A stretch of DNA of 63,245 nt, counting the filler, from Choristocarpus tenellus KU-1152 (lineage: Eukaryota > Protista > Phaeophyceae), in the NCBI GenBank assembly GCA_964200185.2. It is 12 parts of 12 records of this genome, joined end to end, with 100 filler letters (N's around TTAATTAATTAA, not from the genome) between each part and the next. Parts side by side here need not be neighbours in the genome. Positions count along the whole stretch, not along the records: positions 24,143 to 28,637 come from CAXNAD020014301.1; positions 28,738 to 34,661 come from CAXNAD020009400.1; positions 34,762 to 39,773 come from CAXNAD020012169.1; 9 more parts are not named here. One strand, written 5' to 3'. The notes below the pieces were generated by a model that was given only the letters and a program-made list of their open reading frames with translations, was not told where the DNA came from and searched no databases. The position numbers and the translations under genes are program-made. How positions within the stretch are numbered: position 1 is the first letter of the stretch; each line of letters begins with the position of its first letter. Of this stretch, positions 25,851 through 39,106 are shown one piece after another.

Positions 25851-25904
25851 GAGGAATGGGACGTTTATATATAATATATAATTTTATTATTTTGCCCTCT
25901 AACA

Positions 25905-26270
25905 TTTTACAGATGTGTCTGGGGAAAAACCAATGAAAACTATTCACATGTCAGAAAAATCCCTAAAAAAGTAACAGTTGTCATTATTGTGAAAAACTTC
26001 AGTCTATAAACTATTTTACTACCAGCTATGCTGTACCACTGCCTTCCTGTGCCTCCAACCTAGCTTGTTCTTGCACCCCAGGGTGAGGAGCTAGGGAAGC
26101 ATCCCAAGAATCTAACAAGCCCCTCCTTGCTCACCCCCCTGGTGTCTCTCTCCAGCTTAAAACGCATGGCACGTCTAGACAGGGCCAATTGCGTTCTAAC
26201 AGACTACTTGACGTAGCCGGGATTTGACCGCCCCTTTCCTCCTGTAGCCTCCAGTCCCTCTCCCCCCTAC
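25905..26270 (+). repeat. Dispersed repeat family C (longest copy)
   Basis: Its 5' part matches 5760-6022; its 3' part matches 7424-7530. Confidence 0.85.
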
Positions 26271-29200
26271 CACGTGCGTAGCTATCTCGCCCAGGAAACG
26301 TTCCGCTTGGTTACCGAGGCGCCCAAAACTTTCGACCGCGAAGGTGTTGAGGTTATTACTTCGTAGTGGGTGCGCTTTCGCGCCTCGGGTGTAACAACAG
26401 GTATAAAAGGAACTTATGTTCTATTCTTCTACAGTCATTTTCCAAACCTGTCAAGGAACAACAACTTATGATGACCATCTTATGATGTTACTGATCACGA
26501 TCTCCCCGAAAAATGTTATTCCGTCTTTGTGACTGATACTCTTTTTTGGTGATATAAGAAGTTGCTGGGAGCAAAATGTCACTACCAGAAATAATAATGT
26601 AGGTGTCACAAAAAAAATCTTCATTTGAAAAGGGGACAGTACACTGATGAGGATACACCTTTGGCATGATGGAACATATGCGTATATATTATTATGCTAG
26701 TACCACAAAGATCCCTCTAGAAGTAACATTTGTCATATCATTTTGCCACGGGATATTTCTGGAAATTTTTCCAGATGTGCCATGGGGGAAGAAAAGAAAA
26801 ACCAAACCTAAATGGGAAGGACTACTTTCTTATGTAGACACAATAATTGTCATAAAAGGTATGGAACAACCATCACCATACTTCGAACCACATTTTCCAT
26901 AATTGGGGACGAGAGGGGTAGGTATCACACGACCTCATCAATTGTTGATGCATATTCATATGTTGATATCTGGACTTTTTTGTGCGACACACTACTTGTT
27001 TGAGGTACTACTTGACTATTATTGCTGTTACTACTCCACTCTTATCTGACCCGTTCTTGCCTTCCATCTTTCTCGGACGTTCAGACATCCCCACACCCCT
27101 CAATTGTCGCTTCAATTCTCCACATCCTCGATTTTTGTGTAGAGTACTTTTTACTCCCTTCCAAACCCCTGCCAGAAGCACTAGAGTACCCCCATAATTG
27201 GGGTTCTTGTAAACGATCTTTTTGTTTTGATCTGAATGGGGAGTGAGTGTATTATAGAAAGAAGGATGAGCGGAGGGACCCAAGGCTGGTAGGGTTCGAG
27301 ATCGAAAATTTAATGGTCTGTGGAGGTACAACGTATTGTATGATAGTATATGCGTTATTTATGTTGAATACAAAGGAGGAAAGATAATCCAAAATACAAC
27401 AAAATTAAACCAAAAAAAGATCATATATTTGTATTGAAAGCGAACGAGATATTGTGGATATATATGTAAGTAGTATTACTACGTATTATGAAGTGCAGTC
27501 AGTTTCCCCTTTTAAGGCAGCCCTAAATAAAACAAGGTAGTCAATTAGTTAACTTTTAGGAGATTAATGTTCTTTTGGATTTCGTGACATCTGGACGATT
27601 TGGATCGTATTGGACAGATACGCCTTAAAGTGGACAGAGATGGTTGTAAAGGGTAATCATAACCCCATTTTGTGGCCATATGAGAACCTACCACATAGTG
27701 GCTTGTATATACTTTGGACACGACGTGCGCAACGAAATCTCGCCGTCTCATTCCTATCATGAAGGCCAGACCACCACACTGTGCACTGTGCATAACTAAA
27801 TGTTGGTTCGGAGGCTACAAGTAACTCACTCGAATTTGTGGCACTGTTGTTGTTGTGATTGGGATGGGGGTAGTGAGATGAAGCTGTGCTTAGATGACAC
27901 TTTTTTACTAATTGTTGTAATATGTGGTTCTTTTCTCTGCACAAATTATATTGTTTGCAAGCAACGACACAACTGAGTGAAAAACAAACTAAAAAACATG
28001 TATGTAGGCCACACCTGCGTTACTTTTTTACCCCTTGCACGTCTTTTTTAAAAGGTCAACTGTAAGGCGTGTCAGCCCCTAAATTGGACATATTTTGTTG
28101 AAGTGGACTTTCGATAAGGTAACTCAGTGAATAAGGGGAGTTATTTGATATTTGGAAAGAGTCTCCTTTAAACGAGCGGACTTCTCTGCTATATACAGTA
28201 AGTAGTGGCACTAATTAGTGGTACTACTTGGTGTATGCTAGTATTAATCGCATATTATCACCATCCCAACTACTAATAGTTCATTGAAAAATTACCACCA
28301 CTGTTGTCGTATTAGAGTTGTTAAGTTAGCATTAGGGGTCACTATTATACTGTTTTCCTTATGAGACTGAAAGATGGAGGTGGAAAGGAATGTGTCAAGG
28401 ACTGGGGAAAGGGGGATCGACGATGACAAAGAGTTGACTCCTCATCGGAGGATGAGACCTCAGTTATTAATGCTTTTGTGGATATCAAGGGGGCTGAGTC
28501 TTCTGAGATCGATAGCACAGCACCACGATCTACTTTGAATCCTCAATGAAAGGCACAGCATGGTGGTGGCTCAGCGTATCTGGGAGGGGGTGGCGGCTGT
28601 CCATTTGGGGGCAATTTTTTCATGTCACGATTTTTGGNNNNNNNNNNNNNNNNNNNNNNNNNNNNNNNNNNNNNNNNNNNNTTAATTAATTAANNNNNNN
28701 NNNNNNNNNNNNNNNNNNNNNNNNNNNNNNNNNNNNNGTCGTATCAGCAGGATTTAAAAAGTTGAATATTTGTAAAAAACAAGAATGGACGCCCCACACA
28801 ACCCCCCCCCCCCCCCCCAGATACTTTGACTCACCACTGCTGTCAGGTGGTGTGTACATGGTCGGAAACGCAAATAAATCCAGGGCATCGAATCTGAAAA
28901 TGTTGGAATTACCACTGCTGACAGCTGGTGTGTACACGGTTGTAAGGTAACAACTACAACCACTTGGGTACACTATGATGTCAGCCACATGCTAATACAT
29001 GCTACGTGAACGGACGATAGCCGCAACACCCGCCAAAGGCGCTAAATCATGACAGTGTGTTTGCGATATTGGTCATTCAGAGACGCTCCAGTGTAGACTG
29101 CACGAAGGTTGAATGTTTCTCGTATGGGGACTCACCTTCAGGTTCCCTTTGGAGGCATTGTGGCGTTCGGTGGTTGGACTAAGCCTCTCAGCTGATCGCG

Positions 29201-30561
29201 GGATGTCTGCATTGGATGGGCACATTGGAAATGGGACAGGAGAAACAAACAGAAGGAGAGAGAGAAAGTGTTTTATGCATCGAGTCAGGCCCAGAGAGGA
29301 TGGCATGTCGCTGTCGGTTCACATCATCCTCCAGCCGTACGCACCTGATCACCTTGCACGAAGTGGAAGTCTTGTCGTCTTTTTACCTTCCTGCACGCCC
29401 GGTATTCAGTGCCACGTACAGCGCACAGGGATAGCCACAGACGAGCCCGATTATCATGGAAGGGATGCACACCTTTCCTCTCTTGACCAAGAAGGTATGG
29501 TCCTTTTAAGCTATTTTTTTTTTGGTTTTATAATAGCTTCACAATAGTCCATACAAAAACAACCGCCTTTATGGAATGTTGTACCCCTACTAAATAATAG
29601 TATATATTTTGTGGTTATGAACAGGCTAGTTGGGGTGTTTCGTTTCCTCGGGAATAAAAAAGGATATTTAATAAAGGGAATTTTGCTCTCTTCAGATATG
29701 TTTTGAAATTTCTATGCATGTCTACGATGGCGTTGAACAAGAAGAAATACAGACATAAAGGTGTATATATATATATGTAACTCTCCATGTTCTATTTCTT
29801 CATTAGTGTGAGAGGGTCCAAACTTTGAGTTTGCATCTTTTTTTTATACTTGAAGTTTTGTAAAATTTTATTATAGTGCGTAACAAAAAAACATTCGCCA
29901 AACCACATATGCGACAAACCCCACACTCCCTCACTCCGTCGATAACAAACCAACTGGCCTGGACAATATAGAGGAATTGTTGTCGCAGTTTCTCGAGAGG
30001 ACCACACCCATTGCACCGCAGATGTACCACCCGCCAGCCACTAAGGGATCTCGCTAACAACGGGAATGAACTCGTGGACTCCGTCCGGAGGGGTAGACTC
30101 CAGGACATCCCAAAGGCAAGACCAGGCATCCGTCACAGCAAGACACACTCCAATGTAGCCTGTTCGTTCTGTAATTACCTGAAGGAGGGATTAGCGCTTG
30201 AAGACTAGGCATAGCGAAGCAATATGGTCACCATGTCCTTCCGAAGTCACATATTTGCATCGAAATGAGAGAGACGTGGTGTTCACTAGTTCCACCGTAG
30301 GTCCAAACTGGTGACGAACACATCCTCCCATCAAGAGAGCAGAACGAAACCTAACGACGAAGGTTGTGTTCTCCGATATCCGCGTTCCGATATGTATCGG
30401 AACCAAATGATGTTCCTTCCGGGTTCTGTTTTCGATCAAAACCCTAGCATCTGTCCCAACCCTAACCCTGTGCCCTAACCCTGCCACCATCTCTCAACCT
30501 TACACAATAATGAAATTACGCCAAGATATGTTTCGCCTTTCCTTCATCTGCTCGCCTCATA

Positions 30562-30799
30562 TCATTTTTGCCATACTTTACCGCTCGACAAAGTATGGCA
30601 AAAATTGCGGCTGTCCACATACCAACTTTTTTCAAGCCATACGCCTCAAGTCATTTTCGCCATAATACTTTACCGTACGACAAAGTGTGGCGAAAGTTGC
30701 AGTGGTCCATATACCAACGTTTTTCAAGCCACACACCTCAAGTCATTTTTGCCATACTTTACCGTACGACAAAGTAGGCAAACATTGCGGCTGTCCACA
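30562..30799. repeat. Tandem ~90-bp repeats, each containing a long hairpin
   Basis: About 2.6 units. Unit 1 is TTTTTGCCATACTTT-ACCGCTCGAC-AAAGTATGGCAAAAA, a perfect 15-bp stem. Confidence 0.9.
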
Positions 30800-31551
30800 A
30801 ACTAACTAACCTCTTTGAAGCCGCATGCCTCCAAACCATCGTCCTCGACTTACCACAAAACTCAATCGCGATCTCATATCCCCCATAGAGAAAGGGGTGC
30901 ATACGATGGGTATGTGCATGTGGGGATATATGTTGATGGACATCACATGAAACGTTCAGTATCACTTCCACCATAAAATCCATCGTACACATTAGTTTAC
31001 CGTTCGACAGAACACGTCAATATTATTACATTTATGCGCCAATAGTGACAGGGGCGACACCCACCATGCACCTGTCAACTATTTCCCCAAAACAATTCAG
31101 ATCAAAACACACACTCTACCGTTCGATAAACTACCCCCATTCACTTCGTCCTACATGCTTCATCGTACGTTTTCGTAACCTTTTATATATGGCTCGCGAT
31201 TGACCGCATACGCGCTGCACACCTTTTCAGAATATTCTAATCGGGGCGGTTTCGGTTCTCGATGTATCAAACACACCCTTCTCCATGCTTTCAAAGTGGG
31301 GTGTCATTCAGCACGGCCGTACTCCGTGGAACACTTCGTGGCCAAACATTGTGCAAGCCCCTTTCCCCGAACAAATATGCAGTATTACCTATGTTCGTAT
31401 CATGAAGATCCATCACTAATGTCAAAGGGAAACAAACCCACACAACTCATATCTTAACCTCGTTTGGATCCCACTCAGGAAACGGGGACTAAAGAGTCTG
31501 CCCAAGACCGGTGCCGCCCGTTCGTGGAAGAAATCCAAAACGGACCAGATC

Positions 31552-34500
31552 ATGGACCTCTTCCTCTCCATGTTTGTCAAACACGATGGTTCAGAAGAGA
31601 TGGAAGGAAGCGGCTGCCCTCGGAACGACCTTGCCTCTTGGTTGTTGGATGAGAAAAGCAGATTTGCACCATTAGTGAGTGCGCTGCGAGTTGTGCTGGC
31701 TCAGGAACAACTCGAGTCCATGCCTGATCTCCAGGTCAAGACATTCCTACTGTAAAGAAAGATCTTAGCACCGAGCATATCCGCCAGTTATACAAATCCA
31801 TCCTCATCGGCATCGCTCCTGATGTTGAAATAGGTGATGACGGGGTGATATCGACGTTTCAACCCCTTCTGCCCGTCACAGCAAGAAAATACGACATCAA
31901 CGTCGACACACTAAGGTCATCAGCCAAAAAATGCACGGAATTTATGCGAGACATGCGGCGACAGGCGAGCCCCTCCGCATCGGCTGCAGATGACGCTGGT
32001 GCATCATCTCCCGTATCTGACACTCACGCCCCTCACTACTCTCTTCAAGGCACTGCCCACAGGTATGGAAGTTCGATCTCATCAACCATCAACGGTGTGA
32101 CACACACAACTTGGCCCCCGGGCGAACACGTCCACTGTATGTCGAAAACAATTTCATCACTAACAGATGCCAGGATGATGTTGAAACCTGAATCGATGAT
32201 CCCTCATTTCCTGGTGCACAACCGACACACGCCCCACATCTCCCATCGTTACCTCAGAAAAAACGGCAGACGAAGGGTATTCGACGTGGGAAGGGACAGC
32301 TCCTCGCGACAGTTCGATGTACAGCATCCTGATACACATGTTCTTGGTATCACCATATGGGAGAGTAACAGCACTGCCATGCCCCATGATCCGGTCACAT
32401 CTCATGGTTCCACTCAGCAGGGCATACACTAGTTAGACCCGCATACGAACAAGAGAGTTTGCCGCCTGGATGCACTGTGCCAACAGCATGCTCAGAGGTA
32501 CTCTACACTAGCGAGTGTCATCCTCACAATTATTGTGCATATCCATCGTTGACACTTTATGGATTAATCATTGTAACATGTTCATCCTCAACCAACAAAA
32601 CTGTGACATTATACTACGTATTACATGGTGCAACCGACGTGACAACAGGTCACAGATTGGGACAGATGAGGATGCTATGCCAACTTCAGGGAGAGATTCG
32701 AACAGAGCCAAAGTATCTCAGAGGGAAGAGCCGCGTCCATTTGGGGGCCAAAATCCAATGTTGCGATTTTGATGTAATTTTGGCTATCGTGTTACTTAGG
32801 AAGTGTCAGTATCTATGTTTCGGACACACCTTTTCATAACGTATACCTTTTACCTACTCCTAAGCATTTCGGAGTAGGAAAATATAATTTTAAAAAAACG
32901 TGGGGAGTCAAGCCCCAAATGGACAAACAGGGAATAACTCGTACCCTCTAAGATACTTTCACTCAACAGGAGGGTACGTCAGGACCAATACACTGTCTGT
33001 CGACATTTGTGAAGTGGAGACCGTTCTACATAACAAAGGCCACGCCAAGGTGTGTGCGGAAATAGTCTTTCGATTTTTTGGACACATGCTACAGTGATGA
33101 TTGGGTAAGTCTATGTTTCCTAACCGCCACAGGGTGCCCAGTCACATACTGCATCATCCGTGTCCACATACAAGGGGTGCTAACCCACCGTATCCCTCCC
33201 TCCACTCTTCCACGCAACACAGATCGTGCGTTTGTATTCACCACATGACCACCGACCTCCAGGTTCAGTGCCTAAGAGAGAACTGGAAGAAAGTACACGC
33301 GAGGACGTGTTCTTTGGCAATGATGGACAATGCACTTGCGCATGCACATGCACATTCTGCGACAAAGGCAAAGGATGTGGGTCTGAAGAAGTGGAGACCG
33401 CACTCAAAAGTGGTGTGCATTTAATGGCCTTCCTTTTGTAAGTTTCTATGCCAAACCACACCCACGACGTGGCGAATGTGTTATCACGGCGAACTGGAAT
33501 GGTATCCAAAATAATGAAACCACTGTAGATACACACCAACGTACTCGCCCTCAAACCGTTTCACTACGTCCTCTAAATATGTGTCAGCGACAACCGCACT
33601 CCACTAGTGACGTTCGATCCGCTACTCAAACCTCTACACTGACAACAAAAACCGCTCATGGACTAACTGACAGCAAAACAGATGCGAGAGGACCATGCTG
33701 GAGCCCCTCAGCGAGCCGTCCTCTGGCGTTTCCTTAGGCAGTTTCAAAAATTCATGTGTCGACAGTACATGTGACAGGTGTGACTGGAAATCTCATCCGA
33801 TGTGGAAGTGCCCTTGTATGTTGGACTCTCATAGCACCCGTGTCACATGGAATGAGTTCGTCCACGCATACACCCCAGTGGTGGAGGAGATAAAGGTGTG
33901 CCTTACCCAAACACTCACCAACTAGATACATTTGGAAGACGAACCTGCCCGGTTCCACCTTCACGCCGGGTCCAAGACTGACACGGCAACCTACCCTACC
34001 AATCAACATTATCCCCATGTTTACATCCAGGCCACACACCCACGCTGCAATAAATCTCTATATCCGTCAACACTGCCACACAGGCGCTGTCATCTAGACT
34101 TGGCATTGCTACCCCAAGCAGGACCACCAAAGATGACATTATCCAGATGATCAAGGCAAAATATGCAGAGCTGAGAGCGGACAATCTCATGACCGACGAT
34201 TTGATTATCGCTACGTGCATGGTGGGAGAGTCCACCCCCGACTTCAGGAGGAACAGGACCGAGGAGAACAATGACGAAGACGCCACAGGGTCTACGGACA
34301 AACGCAGCTGGAGGCGAAAGGTGAGCGACAGTTTCCTTCGACTAATAATTACAGTGTACATTGAATGTGTCACAGCGTATCCGTCAAACAACGAGCAGAT
34401 GCTCCCTCCCACAGCACCGAACATAATCGATTACACCACAACAAAGCCTGAATCACCACGACCTATCACCAGCAACAACGCTCGATACGCAACCACCTGG

Positions 34501-34661
34501 CCCATTCGATGCAGGTGCTATTTCCAAGGACAGAGGGATTCCCTACACTCCTAAATGTTAGATGTGCAAACTTCGACAATAGCTTCTTCCTTCATCACAA
34601 CACCACCATTTGGCAGGCGCAACAATACAAACACTGCAAATCCCGCCTCCCCAAAGGACAT
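31552..34661 (+). pseudogene. Multi-intron Sola2-like transposase pseudogene (3' part cut by contig end)
   Basis: Splicing GT-AG introns 33050-33222, 33438-33681, 33896-34146 and 34321-34514 and removing the MITE gives YANFRERFEQEG..CLSTFVKWRPFYITKATPR|SCVCIHH..(frameshift)..CTCACTCTFC..LMAFLL|CERT..CVDSTCDRCDW..CP..VTWNEF..|..RRK|VLF..FFLHHNTTIWQAQQYKHCKSRLPKGH. The 5' limit is uncertain. Confidence 0.7.
32705..32964 (+). mobile_element. MITE family A copy, TSD AACA, inserted in a transposase exon
   Basis: GAGCCAAAGTATC...GATACTTTCACTC; AACA at 32701-32704 and 32965-32968. Confidence 0.95.
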
Positions 34662-37479
34662 NNNNNNNNNNNNNNNNNNNNNNNNNNNNNNNNNNNNNNN
34701 NNNNNTTAATTAATTAANNNNNNNNNNNNNNNNNNNNNNNNNNNNNNNNNNNNNNNNNNNNTGGGCATCCTGGTATAGACCCCCCCCCCCCTTATACTTT
34801 GGTCCCAGCTGAGGTCCAGCAACATGTTGGCACTGTCTCCAAAATCGTGTTGCTCTTTTCCAGGACTAGCTGGATCTTGCAAATTTCCTTTTGCATCTCA
34901 GATACCTAGCTCTGATTAAAGAATAAAACTCTCTCATATTTACGCCTCACCAATTGATTCAGGTGGAGATGGTGACATAAGCCTTGAGGAGGTTGATATG
35001 TATGCAGGGGCTGGACCCAGAGATTTGGATGATGGTGGACCCCAGGGAGGAGGCTGGGGAAGTAAGGTGATGAATTTACTTATAGTATCTGAGGTACACT
35101 AAGACTACCTTACCCATCATAGATTGTAGGTTCCTAGTTGTATTGCTGCTATGTACTAAGGCACTCATATGATATTATGTAGTACCAGGACATGACATAT
35201 AAAATTGATAGTGTAGGTGGAATTGGAGATAGAGTCTCTGATACCGAGTACCATCCCACAGTCCCTCCACCCGCAGAGTATTGCAAGCCTCAAAGATCAC
35301 TGTGCAGATAAGGGACCTGACTGAAATTTTTTAGGGACACTGGTATTGGTTGCTATTTCCTAGAAGAGGGGAATGATGGGGTGATATAAAGCACACCCTC
35401 CAGTGTTGGGGGTTGGAAACTGACCTTGACCTGAACTCGACACCAGAGTCCAGTCTCCACCCCCCATATTCCCACACCCGTTACAGAATTGCGACCCTCT
35501 CTGCAATTGTGGGTAGTGGCACCCACCAATCAAGCAGCAGGGTCCAGTTGCCTGTTGCCTATTGCCTCTCCACTTATGACCCTAGTTGTATGTTGTATGT
35601 TGGGTATCGGATACTTGGTCCTTTGGTACTGGGTACTGGGTGCTGACCACTGACTATGTGGCATCTCCAACCTTCACGTATCACTCCTGATTCTTGCTTA
35701 TCTCTTGCAAGAATCAGAGGGAAGAAATGGTTGCATACATTTTGACATCAACAGCATTGCCAATGACACCCCCACTTTCAATCACTGGAAATATTCAATT
35801 AGCGTCAAATTCGTCAGGTCCACGATTGTTTTGCTATATTTGTACTATGGATCCTACTGTGCATGCTAGCACTAGACTACATGAAAGGAGGATTAAGTTG
35901 AAGGAGCTGGTTAAGAAATTTGAGTCTGTTGGTCAGGAGCTGTATTGTGTATTGATGGGATCATAACATGTAATGCTCAATGCATGGACTAGAAACTTTA
36001 AATCATCCTTTTCCTGCAACATCCCTCCAAAGTTAATGTCATCTACCTAAGTAAGGCCATGAGGAAAGTGTACGTTTCTTCTGTGCAGTGGTATTGTGTT
36101 ACTCCGCCAGATGAGGGAAATCAGATTACTTTCTTTTGCAACATGCATTGATGCCGTTGTGTTGTTGAATCAAATGGGGACGCAAGTGTCTGTCAATGTA
36201 GTTCCTGACCCACATTTACTTCATCGTTACCCTTGTTTTTAACAACACATAACCATTCCTTTTCATTCTCTTGGATTCAATCTGCTCTAGGATACTAGTC
36301 TGCAGGACCTCCAGTCGGGTTAGAATGCTTCACATCCGTATCACATATTTCTTCCATGATAATTTTTCAAAACATATGTATATATATATATATGTATGTG
36401 CTTTACTCCGTTGTCTGGAACAGCTTTTGGACCCATTGCTAAGTGCTTCTCCCTCAAAGCAGCTCGCTTCCATATTTTTTTCTTTTTCCAAATTTTTATT
36501 TTTTTATGTTTGAAAGAAAATAGAGGGATAAATCAAAGAAATTTGACACAAGAACAAAAAAATAATTTGGAAAGGAAGAACATTATGTCTGTTGTACTCT
36601 TTCTTTATGTGTGTTGTCCATCAAACTCTCGGGTCCTTTTTGGTTCATGATGTCCGTTGTCCTGGATAACACTTGGAAAAATTTGTGTGACAACACATAC
36701 ATAGTCCAGAATGTAGTGCGCAGGGTCATATCTCCCCCCTACTGTCTGTTCTCAGAAAACCCTTGAGTCAATTCTGTCCATATTGTTCATCATCCGGGAT
36801 GACGCTGGCTATTTGCTCTATGTTTCATGGATGTTGTGCAGACTATGCTTTGTCATGCAGAACACTATAAACACTACGCTTTGATATTTATTTGATTGTG
36901 ATGTTTTAGTAGTTACTTAGCCTGTTGTTGAGCAATTGAGCCGGCTACCAGTGATGGAGTTGCTCCAGCTTTACTCCATGTTTCCCACATACACTATTCT
37001 AGATTCCCTCTGTTGTTGCAAGCTGCTCTTTACTGTAAGAGTTCCGAAAGCTCAATAATAAAATACCGAAATCATGAGTTCTTCCACTACTGCAGTATGT
37101 TATTGATTGCCCTTATCCGAACAACCGCAGTGTACTGCTACTTCCTCCGTTCGGAATTAAATGTACCATAACTTCTGCAAACTCCGTTCTCGCCCGGAAA
37201 CAATCCATTGATAAACCCTTTGGACGAGGCTTAGGTATTATATAGATTGGGAGGTGTGCAAAGTTTAAAATGGTGGGCTGTCATGGCTGTGGAGGACCAC
37301 CAGTGCAAAGTCGACCAAGTCGCATTTGATGGGGTTCAAAAACCTCGTGAAACTGTCAAAGTGGGTGTTTATTGGGATGCCTAGGACAAAGGCCCCCTGT
37401 TGTTCGAGTGGCTTGCTCATCCCGTCATCACCCATCAGTTCCAATTCTTAGCCCAGAAGTTTTTCCGGGGTCAGGACTC

Positions 37480-38900
37480 AAACACCCCGATGAAGAACAT
37501 CATGGTGCGCAATACCTGGAGGCGAGAGGGCGTGAGACTCAGATGCCTCGGGGGACAGTGGTGACCATCGTGGAGGACTTCGGAATTTTCCAAATCCCTG
37601 TGCTCCATCACCTGAAGGAGAATGATGGTCAGATCACACAGGGTGAACGCATAGACCTTTTACGATGTCGCAAGGGGCGATGTGACCGCCTTACAAGTAT
37701 CCTTGAGTGAAACTATCTTAGAGCGTACGAGTTTTTCCCTGCTTGTCTGTTTGGGGCTTGGTTTCCCACGGGTTCTTTATGACATTTTCCTACTCCGAAA
37801 TGTTATGGAGAAGGTAAAATATGTAAGTTACGAAAAAGGTTTGTCCGGAACAAGTATATATTGACACTTCCTAACAAATATGATAGCCAAAATAATATCA
37901 AGATCACAACATTGGATTTTGTCTCCCAAATGCACGCAGCTCTACCCTCTAAGATACTGTGACTCCCTTGACGTTCGGGATGTCCCATTGGTACACCACA
38001 CATCCTTTCCACTAATGGGTGGCCAAAGCTGGGGTCTCCCTTGACTCCTTATGGAATCTGTGCAAGCTAAACAAGGTGAAGAAGGTCAAGTGGCGGATAA
38101 GTCAGTCCTTTCAGACCAGCAGAAAGTCAACAGGGTGGGTTTTGTCATCAGTCACATGCACAGGAGGGGGGGGTGGTGGGGCATTAGAGGATGATCTATT
38201 GAATGGGTGTATGTAGACAAGAAGCTATATATCCTCAAAGATGGGAGAGGTATGTAGCTGCACCCCACTGAGGACCCCCACAAATTCTCACAGGCACAGG
38301 CACAGGATGATTGGCATCTGACCAATCATGGACACTATGGTCGCTCAGCGCTCTAGCAAACACCTCGCTAAGAACACCAAGGTGCTTGTGCCAGCGACAG
38401 TGGACGGGGAGAGGTATAAGAATCTCATGATCAAGGATGTCCTCCTGGCAATCAAGGCCCACATGCCTAGACTGGCAGGACACACCATCTTCAAGAAGCA
38501 GGACAGGGCAAAGCCACACACCAAGGGGGGGATCATGAAGGCAATCGAGGAGGCAGCAGGAGAAGACAGTATCATAGAGACCCAGTGAGTCAACTCACCT
38601 GACCTCAGCGTCAATGACCTGGGATTTTTTCGTTCCATCCAGAAACTGAAGGAAGACATGGGGATGACCAAGACAGAGAAGCTGTTGGAATTGACAATCG
38701 ATTCATTCGATGTGTACCCCTGGGAGACATTAGAGCACATCTGACAAAGCCCCTTCGCAGTCTATGGTGAGGTGCCAGGGTCCAAGGGTGACAATGTCTT
38801 CAAAACTCCCCATCATAGCATAGAGAAGGCTGAGAAGGCGGGCAAGCTCCCCCGAATGCTCTGGTGGATGCGGCAAAGTATCATGCTGTAATTGAGTTTA
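37480..38900 (+). mobile_element. Tc1/mariner (DD39D, plant/Stowaway-type) transposase pseudogene
   Basis: N-terminal MPRGTVVTIVEDFGI..RKGRCDR; VYVDKKLY (for HIDEKWFY); KQDRAKPH; Q*VNSPDLSVNDLGFFRSIQKLK. Interrupted by stops and a MITE. Confidence 0.85.
37705..37965 (-). mobile_element. MITE family A copy, TSD CCTT, nested in the mariner
   Basis: TIRs plus CCTT on both sides. Confidence 0.95.
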
Positions 38901-39106
38901 AGAGGGCTTCAGAGGTGGAGTCATACAAAAATGTAGGTTGCTCCATTTTGCTAGATATTTTAATAGTCAACCTTTTAGTGTTTGCACAATACGCCCACAA
39001 AATATGATCTCGTGAATCGGGGATGCAGAAGTTGTGTTACATTTAATTCCGAGGGGAGGAAATACCACTCTACTAATCATCATCTCATGCGAACATTAAG
39101 GCATAA

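Noticed and set aside
30562-30799. CRISPR-like array (palindromic repeats at regular spacing)
   Set aside because: The sequences between the hairpins are homologous to each other rather than unique spacers; no cas genes; eukaryotic context.
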